Assembly (NCBI GenBank): GCA_902559985.1
Contig: CACEJY010000004.1
Span: 1,372 to 65,371, forward strand
Source of the DNA: an uncultured SAR116 cluster alpha proteobacterium
Lineage (GTDB): Bacteria > Pseudomonadota > Alphaproteobacteria > Puniceispirillales > Puniceispirillaceae
Length of the DNA stretch: 64,000 nucleotides
Reading direction: 5' to 3'
The translations under genes were made by a program, and so were the position numbers. Positions 57,204-64,000 of this stretch are shown here, piece after piece. Each line of letters begins with the position of its first letter. The first letter of the stretch is position 1. The notes beneath the pieces are model-generated. The model had not been told where the DNA came from and ran no database searches. It saw nothing but the letters and a program-made list of their open reading frames with translations.

Positions 57204-58742
57204 ATGAAAAAACCAAATTTCCTTTTTATAATGGCGGATCAACTGGCTGCACCAGCACTGGCTCCCTACGGTGACAAAAATGTAATATCTCCTGCGATTA
57301 ATGCATTGGCAGAAGAAGGCGTCGTTTTTGAAAATGCCTATTGCAATTTTCCAATATGCGGTCCATCGAGAGCGTCCATGCATGCGGGACGGCTACCATT
57401 TTCTATTGGCATGCATGATAATGCTTCTGAATTTATGGCGTCTATCCCAACCTTTGCGCACTATCTCCGAGATCTCAATTATAGGGTAGAATTGAGCGGC
57501 AAGATGCATTTTGTCGGTCCTGACCAATACCATGGCTATCACACGAGGCACACAACTGAAATTTACCCTGCTAACTTTGCTTGGACCGTCGATTGGTCCA
57601 AAGGAAGAGAATTTAGGCCAACTAATTTGACAATGGCTCCAGTCATTGAGAGCGGATCTTGTATACGCACTCTGCAAATGGATTACGATGATGAAGTTGC
57701 CTACAATGGCACCCAAGCAATCTATGACCTTGCACGCCAAAAAACAGACCAACCTTGGATGCTTACGGTATCCTTCACTCACCCACACTCTCCATTCGTG
57801 ATTTCAGATGAGTTCTGGGACCTTTATAAACACGAAGATATTCCTTTGCCAACAGTGCCCCCAATAGCCGTCGAAGCGATGGATCACTTGAGTCGGAACC
57901 TTCACTATTGCCAGGGGCGGCATGAGTTCACTGTGACAGATGAGCATCGGAGAAATGCCAAACATGCCTATTATGGCATGATATCCTACATCGACAGAAA
58001 GATTGGTGCACTTCGTGACGCTTTGACAAACTGTGGTATGGCTGACGACACTGTTATTATTTTTGCTGCGGATCACGGTGAAATGATGGGAGAGCGCGGG
58101 ATGTGGTATAAACAGCATTTTTTTGAATGGGCTGCGCACGTTCCCCTTATATTTCATGCCCCAAGTCGTTGGTCACCATCACGCGTAACTGAGAATTGTT
58201 CTTTAATCGATATTATGCCAACACTCCTAGATTTGGCAAATGATAAGCCATTTGTTGAATATGTTGATTCAATTGATGGCAAATCCCTGGTAAATGCGTT
58301 GCACAATGACACCTCAAGCCTGAATGACATAGCTATCTCAGAATTTGCAGCCGACGGCTCAACAGGTCCAAGTCGAATGGTAAAAAAAGCAAATCTTAAA
58401 TATATGGACCTCGAGGGAGAGGAGTCCTTACTATTTGACTTAAAAACGGACCCTCATGAACTTAAGAATTTAATAGCAGAACCGGACTACGCTGAGAGCG
58501 CTGCCGAACTCGCGTCAATTTGTGAGGCCGACTGGAGCCGTAAGGAAATCTACGAAACCATATATACGAATCAACGGCGGCGTTTAAAAGTGCATCAAGC
58601 TACTGGTGGCGACCAAACCTACGTGAACATAGTGAGACTAAATGATGGGCAACGATACATAAGAAACGATAGCGCTGCAGATACAAAAGCGCGAGCACGC
58701 CTGCCATATGTTGAAGGTGCAAAGCCTGATAAAAAATCATAA
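57204..58742 (+). CDS. betC: choline-sulfatase-like sulfatase
   Basis: KPNFLFIMADQL, CGPSR, GKMHFVGPDQ, TTEIYP, DYDDEV, SFTHPH, DHGEM.GERG.WYK. Confidence 0.8.
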   Translation: MKKPNFLFIMADQLAAPALAPYGDKNVISPAINALAEEGVVFENAYCNFPICGPSRASMHAGRLPFSIGMHDNASEFMASIPTFAHYLRDLNYRVELSGKMHFVGPDQYHGYHTRHTTEIYPANFAWTVDWSKGREFRPTNLTMAPVIESGSCIRTLQMDYDDEVAYNGTQAIYDLARQKTDQPWMLTVSFTHPHSPFVISDEFWDLYKHEDIPLPTVPPIAVEAMDHLSRNLHYCQGRHEFTVTDEHRRNAKHAYYGMISYIDRKIGALRDALTNCGMADDTVIIFAADHGEMMGERGMWYKQHFFEWAAHVPLIFHAPSRWSPSRVTENCSLIDIMPTLLDLANDKPFVEYVDSIDGKSLVNALHNDTSSLNDIAISEFAADGSTGPSRMVKKANLKYMDLEGEESLLFDLKTDPHELKNLIAEPDYAESAAELASICEADWSRKEIYETIYTNQRRRLKVHQATGGDQTYVNIVRLNDGQRYIRNDSAADTKARARLPYVEGAKPDKKS

Positions 58743-58764
58743 CTGTTTCTATGCTGGAGGGAGT

Positions 58765-60534
58765 ATGCGACGTCCAGAATCATTTTCATTTGGGGTATTT
58801 ACTGACGCACACATTACAGCAGTTGATGGGGTATCAGACTCCCCATTTAACGTGAATAGTTATTCTAACACTCGCTATCAAGCAGCTATTAAAATGATGA
58901 ATAGCTTGGGACTGGACTTTGCACTAAACCTCGGAGATATGGTCCATCCGCTACCGCAGTCACCAGAGTATATCACTGCAGCAAAACGTTATTTTGAACT
59001 GTCCTCTCAATTAAATTGTGTGCATTATAATATACCGGGCAATCATGACATTGGCGACAAACCCTCCAAATGGGTTCCCGCCGCGGAAATTTCATCCAGT
59101 GGGATGGAAATTTATAAATCACAGTTTGGAACAGATCATCAGGCCTTTAGCTACAAAGACTGGCGTTTTATTTTGTTAAATGCAGAGCTTTTCAACAGCA
59201 ACCTGGCAGAAAATCAAAACCAAAAAGACTGGTTTGTTCAAGAGTTGAAGAAAATTGAAAATGGGCGCGCTTTTGTAGCGTTACATTACCCCCCTTTTCT
59301 ATATTCCCCTGATGAATTTGACCATTATGATAATTTAGGAAACCCAGATCGTGAGTGGTTTCTTAAAAAAATAAACGATTATAAAGTAACTGCAGTTCTC
59401 TCAGGTCACGTGCACAATTTTTGGTTGAATAAATATTCCGATACCAATCTTATAGTCATTCCTTCCACATCCTTTGTACGACAAGATTATGCAGAAATGT
59501 ATGGAGCCCAATCACCGTTAGAAGGTGGTAGAGACGACATAAACAAGCTCGGATTCATGAAAATTGACATAAGTCATAATACAGCTTCATGGAAATTTTA
59601 TCGAACATTCGGCGGTGAATACCCAGAGTATATCAATAAACCAGTTACTCATTGCCCCAAAGAGCACAGGAACCCGTCATTTGGTGTTGATTGCCGGTTA
59701 CCATGGATCACACACCATCAAATCCCGCCTAGCGGCGCACTGGATGAATTTTACCGAAAAGAAACGAGGAATGATTATCCATTTTTAGCACTGTATGAAC
59801 TGGGAATTAACCGCCTCAGGCTCCCATTAAACGACATTTTTCAAAAAAAAATAAAGCAAAGGTTGATAGACCTCGAACCACTAAGTTTCGAGTATACATT
59901 TTATTGTCTAAGCACAAATATTCAGCAGTTACTAGAAATCGACTTTGGCTCAAACAACTGCATTAATTGTTTGGAAATAATTTGGGATGGTGAAGGTGCA
60001 GCTACTTTTCAAAAAACACTAGATTTACTGAGAAAAAAATTAGGCTCCAAACTTCTTATTTCTCCGTTACACAAAGGCTTTGGGACAACTGATGATCAAG
60101 GCCGGCATCTGCATATCATCAATCACGGCTTTTCAGTAAACGATCTATCAAATGTTAAAGAATTCTTCCCAGATATTTGGAGAGATAGTGGGCTATGGGA
60201 GATCATCGATGGAGTTGTATGCGAATTCGATGTCATTGGCGCTAGTGAATTAGATTGGGAAAAAATCAAGGGGTGGGAAGAGGAAAATAATGCTCATTTG
60301 CACATTTTGGCTAAAAGCCGACCAATGAGCCCAGCAGATAAGTTAACAGATGAAGAGTTATTTTGTGACAAAATTGCCAATCTCTGGGCGCATGCTTCTG
60401 GATCGTCCAAGAACACCACCTTCTTCACAGATTCCTTCGTGGAGATTGACAGGGGGTATTTTCAACGAACTGGGATTACAGATAGGTTAGGCAATCCATT
60501 AAAAGCGTGGCATAAAATTATGCGTGCGACATAG
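58765..60534 (+). CDS. calcineurin-like metallophosphoesterase fused to uncharacterised C-terminal domain
   Basis: DAH, GD, GNHD, H, GHVH metal motifs in the N-terminal half; start ATG 58765 after GGAGG. Confidence 0.8.
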   Translation: MRRPESFSFGVFTDAHITAVDGVSDSPFNVNSYSNTRYQAAIKMMNSLGLDFALNLGDMVHPLPQSPEYITAAKRYFELSSQLNCVHYNIPGNHDIGDKPSKWVPAAEISSSGMEIYKSQFGTDHQAFSYKDWRFILLNAELFNSNLAENQNQKDWFVQELKKIENGRAFVALHYPPFLYSPDEFDHYDNLGNPDREWFLKKINDYKVTAVLSGHVHNFWLNKYSDTNLIVIPSTSFVRQDYAEMYGAQSPLEGGRDDINKLGFMKIDISHNTASWKFYRTFGGEYPEYINKPVTHCPKEHRNPSFGVDCRLPWITHHQIPPSGALDEFYRKETRNDYPFLALYELGINRLRLPLNDIFQKKIKQRLIDLEPLSFEYTFYCLSTNIQQLLEIDFGSNNCINCLEIIWDGEGAATFQKTLDLLRKKLGSKLLISPLHKGFGTTDDQGRHLHIINHGFSVNDLSNVKEFFPDIWRDSGLWEIIDGVVCEFDVIGASELDWEKIKGWEEENNAHLHILAKSRPMSPADKLTDEELFCDKIANLWAHASGSSKNTTFFTDSFVEIDRGYFQRTGITDRLGNPLKAWHKIMRAT

Positions 60535-60616
60535 TGCTTGTTAAATGGTTCCCTGACCCATCAAAGAGTAAAATCAGTTCAATAAATTTTTAATTTTCAG
60601 AAAGAGGAACAGATCA

Positions 60617-62101
60617 ATAACCCAAAAACCGAATATTGTACTGATCATGACCGATCAGCAAAGGGCTGACACAATTAGAGCCTTAGGTAGCCCATGGATG
60701 CAAACCCCAAATCTGGACCGACTGGTAAATGAAGGAACATCTTTTACTAATTGCTTTGTTACATCACCTGTTTGTGTTTCGTCGCGTGCCAGCGTCTTTT
60801 TAGGTGGTTATCCGCATACAACAAATGTCTATACAAATTTCGAAACATGGGAGCCTAATTGGGTTCAATGGCTTGCCAATGCCGGATATCACTGTGTGAA
60901 TATTGGTAAGATGCATATCAATCCCTATGATGCAAAAGGTGGGTTTCACCAACGATTCTTTGTAGAAAATAAAGATCGCCCACTTTTCCTCGAAGATCAT
61001 GAACGCGCGATTTATGATGAATGGGATAAAGCACTAAAAGTACGGAGGCTTGAAAAGCCATCACGATACACACGGGTCAGAGACAATCGTGATGCTTTCC
61101 TCAAAAATTTAGGATGCTTCACATGGGAAATCGATGATGACATGCATCCCGATAATTTTGTTGGCAACACGGCAAGCTGGTGGCTTAACGACCGAAAGGC
61201 TGAGAGCCCCTTCTTCCTACAAATCGGCTTCCCCGGACCACACCCGCCTTACGATCCTACTGGAGATTTTTTATCAATATATAAAGATACCAAATTTCCG
61301 CATCGGGCCGCATCGCAGCGGGAATTGGAAAAGCAGCCCAAAATGCACAAGCAACTGCGTCAAAGCATGATTGATTTTAACATAGACAGTGTCGCATGGC
61401 GTGAGAATCTAACTGACGATGATATTCAGCTACTTCACCGTTACTATTCAGCAAATGTTTCAATGATCGACTATCAGGTTGGGCAGATTTTGAGCTCACT
61501 AGAACAGCGGGGATATCTTGATAATACGATAGTTATTTTCTGCTCCGACCACGCTGATGCGCTAGGTGAACATGGCCATATTCAAAAATGGACTATGTAT
61601 GATTGCGTAACCCGAGTTCCGCTAATTGTCTGGTCGCCAAAAACAGTCAAAATGCAGCATCAATGTGCTGATTTGGTGCAACTGATGGATATTGCTCCCA
61701 CAATTCTAAACTTTGCCAATATTGAGCCCCCTCATAATTGGGAAGCATTGGCATTAAACAAAATGCTGGAAACCGGTTATTGGGACGACCAGAGGCCGGA
61801 TCATAAACTTCGTGAATATATATATGCTGAGCTTGGCCGCGACCACATCCAGTCCGGCGCCGAATATGTGATTATGCGGCGCGATAAGCAATGGAAGTAT
61901 GTCATTTATCCCGGAAATGATACTGGAGAATTATATAATATTCAGAATGATCCGCATGAGACTGTAAATCTTTGGAATGATCCCCGATATCTCGGCCAAA
62001 GAAAAGAAGCTACCATTGAAATATTATCTTGGTCTAATCTTGGTAATTTTCGGGGCAACCGTCCATTGCCGAAAAAACCCCAAGTTCCGATGAAAATTTA
62101 A
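60617..62101 (+). CDS. Cys-type sulfatase (CxSxR variant)
   Basis: KPNIVLIMTDQQR (needs ATA start at 60617; ORF track starts at 60647), CVSSR, GKMH, PHPP, SDH, ELYN...DP.E..NL. Confidence 0.88.
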   Translation: MTQKPNIVLIMTDQQRADTIRALGSPWMQTPNLDRLVNEGTSFTNCFVTSPVCVSSRASVFLGGYPHTTNVYTNFETWEPNWVQWLANAGYHCVNIGKMHINPYDAKGGFHQRFFVENKDRPLFLEDHERAIYDEWDKALKVRRLEKPSRYTRVRDNRDAFLKNLGCFTWEIDDDMHPDNFVGNTASWWLNDRKAESPFFLQIGFPGPHPPYDPTGDFLSIYKDTKFPHRAASQRELEKQPKMHKQLRQSMIDFNIDSVAWRENLTDDDIQLLHRYYSANVSMIDYQVGQILSSLEQRGYLDNTIVIFCSDHADALGEHGHIQKWTMYDCVTRVPLIVWSPKTVKMQHQCADLVQLMDIAPTILNFANIEPPHNWEALALNKMLETGYWDDQRPDHKLREYIYAELGRDHIQSGAEYVIMRRDKQWKYVIYPGNDTGELYNIQNDPHETVNLWNDPRYLGQRKEATIEILSWSNLGNFRGNRPLPKKPQVPMKI

Positions 62102-62128
62102 ACAAACCGATAATTAACGAGGACTCGC

Positions 62129-63688
62129 GTGACACGTAAACCAAATATTCTAATCGTTCAGGCGGATCAATTAACCGCGCTATGTCTCACTGCATATGGA
62201 AAGCCGTTTGCCCTCACGCCAAACATTGACAAGATTGCAGCGCAAGGCACTGTCTTTGCCAACACATATTGCAACAGTCCTGTTTGTGGACCGTCACGCG
62301 CTGGCATGATGACTGGTCGCATACCCTCAAATGTTGGCGTTTTTGACAATGCTGGTGAATTTCTGTCATCTGAGCCAACCTTTGCGCATTATCTTCGAGC
62401 ACTAGGCTATCAGACAACATTATGTGGCAAGATGCATTTTGTTGGACCAGACCAGCTTCATGGTTTCGAGCGCAGACTGACAACCGACATTTACCCATCT
62501 GATTATGGCTGGACGGCTGACTGGTCACAGATTGAAGAAGAATACTCACCATCTCGCATGAGCCTTCATAGCGTTGTTGAGGCGGGGTTATGCGATCGTA
62601 GCTTACAGATTGATTATGATGAACATGTGGCAAACACCGCTAGACAGGAAATCTTTGATCTGGCCCGATCAAGTGACAAACGCCCCTTCTTGCTGCATGT
62701 ATCCTTTACACATCCTCATAACCCATTTGTCACGACCAAAGAGTTCTGGGATCTCTACGATCATCAGAAAATAGTTATGCCAGAGGTTTCTCACATCCCG
62801 TATGAGGGCCGCGATCCATGGTCTCAGCGCTATTATATGACAATCCGGCAAGATGAGTTTGATATTACTGACGAGCAATTGCGAAGCGCCCGCCATGCTT
62901 ATTTTGCCATGACCAGCTATTTTGATAAGCTTGTCGGCGACTTGGTAGATGTACTCAAAACAACCAACCAAATGGATAATACATATGTTTTTGTTATCTC
63001 GGATCATGGTGACATGATCGGTGAACGAGGCATGTGGTTCAAATTTAATCCGTTTGAGGGGTCAGTTCGCGTTCCTATGATTGGTATGGGCCCACGGCTG
63101 TCATCCGGCCATGTTGAACCTGCATTAACAACCCTCGCCGATCTCTTGCCAACATTCGTTGATATCGCCACTGATGGTAAACCTGGCCCTTATGCCGGGC
63201 CGATTGATGGGCGTAGCCTTTTTGATCTACCAGACGCTAATTCCAGTGATGACATCGTCTTTTTTGAATATTGCGGCGAGGGTGTCCATGCTCCAGCACT
63301 AATGTGTCGGCAAAAGCATATCAAATATATCTGTTGTGGCGATGATCCAGAAATGATGTTTAACCTTGATGCTGATCCAAACGAACAGGTTAATCTGGCG
63401 ACTGATCCAGAATACGCCACAACCCTTGCAGAAATGCGTGGGTACATTGGCAATCGCTGGGACGAACCGGATCTAAAAAAGCGCGTCATCAGTTCTCAAA
63501 AAAACCGGCTTTTTGTTCAAGACGCAATGAAGCAAGGCATTTTCCCATCGTGGGATTACACACCACCATTTGATGCATCTAGAGCCTATGTGCGCGGGGC
63601 TATTGACCCAAACACAACAGCAACAAAGGCACGAAGACGGTTTCCCTTTGTTCCCACCACTAGCCCGCAAAAACCACGCGGCGGATGA
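62129..63688 (+). CDS. betC: choline-sulfatase-like sulfatase (second paralogue)
   Basis: KPNILIVQADQL, CGPSR, GKMHFVGPDQLHGFE.RLTTDIYP.D.GW, QIDYDE, SFTHPH, WDY.P. Confidence 0.85.
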   Translation: MTRKPNILIVQADQLTALCLTAYGKPFALTPNIDKIAAQGTVFANTYCNSPVCGPSRAGMMTGRIPSNVGVFDNAGEFLSSEPTFAHYLRALGYQTTLCGKMHFVGPDQLHGFERRLTTDIYPSDYGWTADWSQIEEEYSPSRMSLHSVVEAGLCDRSLQIDYDEHVANTARQEIFDLARSSDKRPFLLHVSFTHPHNPFVTTKEFWDLYDHQKIVMPEVSHIPYEGRDPWSQRYYMTIRQDEFDITDEQLRSARHAYFAMTSYFDKLVGDLVDVLKTTNQMDNTYVFVISDHGDMIGERGMWFKFNPFEGSVRVPMIGMGPRLSSGHVEPALTTLADLLPTFVDIATDGKPGPYAGPIDGRSLFDLPDANSSDDIVFFEYCGEGVHAPALMCRQKHIKYICCGDDPEMMFNLDADPNEQVNLATDPEYATTLAEMRGYIGNRWDEPDLKKRVISSQKNRLFVQDAMKQGIFPSWDYTPPFDASRAYVRGAIDPNTTATKARRRFPFVPTTSPQKPRGG

Positions 63689-63766
63689 CAAAATACAGGC
63701 CAAACAAACACTGCGCCGATCTGATCCAATTTCTTGAAACTTATTTCAGTTAGAGACATTAGTAAC

Positions 63767-64000
63767 TCAGATTGAAATGATGCCCAATATATTGAGTCCG
63801 TTCAGTATAATTTGAATAGCAATCGCAGCCAGTAGAATGCCAACTAAGCGAGACATAACGGTTGAAATAGTTAAGTTTATGAACTTCGAGCCCCAAGCAG
63901 CCAAATAAAGTAATAAAGCGGAAGCAGCTAAAGCAATAAATATTGAGGATAAATTAATCACTAATTTATCTAATGACGTAAAATCTCCAAAAACCATAAT
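63767..64000 (-). CDS. MarC family membrane protein, C-terminal part
   Basis: C-terminal VMSRLVGILLAAIAIQIILNG is typical of MarC; the start lies beyond the window. Confidence 0.7.
   Translation of the reverse strand: MMVFGDFTSLDKLVINLSSIFIALAASALLLYLAAWGSKFINLTISTVMSRLVGILLAAIAIQIILNGLNILGIISI

Noticed and set aside
135-63703. Numerous 60-150 aa ORFs overlapping longer genes on other frames or strands
   Set aside because: Shadow ORFs with no motifs or RBS, fully explained by the overlapping real genes.
1-64000. CRISPR arrays, tRNA/rRNA, IS elements, prophage or defence genes
   Set aside because: No repeat-spacer pattern, RNA gene signature, transposase, integrase or nuclease motif was seen.

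Overview
Gene-dense 64 kb accessory metabolic region, most likely from a marine alphaproteobacterium (inferred from gene content and moderate GC). I found no rRNA, tRNA, CRISPR or mobile element and essentially no housekeeping genes. It is a string of scavenging modules. (1) MFS transporter, alpha/beta hydrolase, Dpp-type ABC transporter and three M20 amidohydrolases. (2) An AepX/PhnS2-type (2-aminoethylphosphonate-like) ABC transporter with no phosphonate-degrading genes, coupled instead to a CX5R phosphatase and two ureohydrolases. (3) A pyrimidine cluster: yeast-type URC1-URC4-upp behind a perfect RutR box, plus Fcy1-type cytosine deaminase, CE4 hydrolase, DUF1989, a PotABCD-like ABC transporter and a divergent BtpA-PRTase pair. 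(4) An iron module (Fur, DUF2325, DUF4856, sterol-desaturase family, FutA) with two Fur-like boxes. (5) An organosulfur island: TauE, two GGTs, ALDH, GMC oxidoreductase, GntR, an enolase-family enzyme, a TRAP transporter, five Cys-type sulfatases and a metallophosphoesterase fusion. The best candidates for undescribed systems are the phospho-guanidino catabolic locus (12.1-19.7 kb), the extended bacterial URC pathway (21.6-33.2 kb) and the five-sulfatase island (45-63.7 kb). Family assignments come from motif reading and recalled family sequences; no database search was run.
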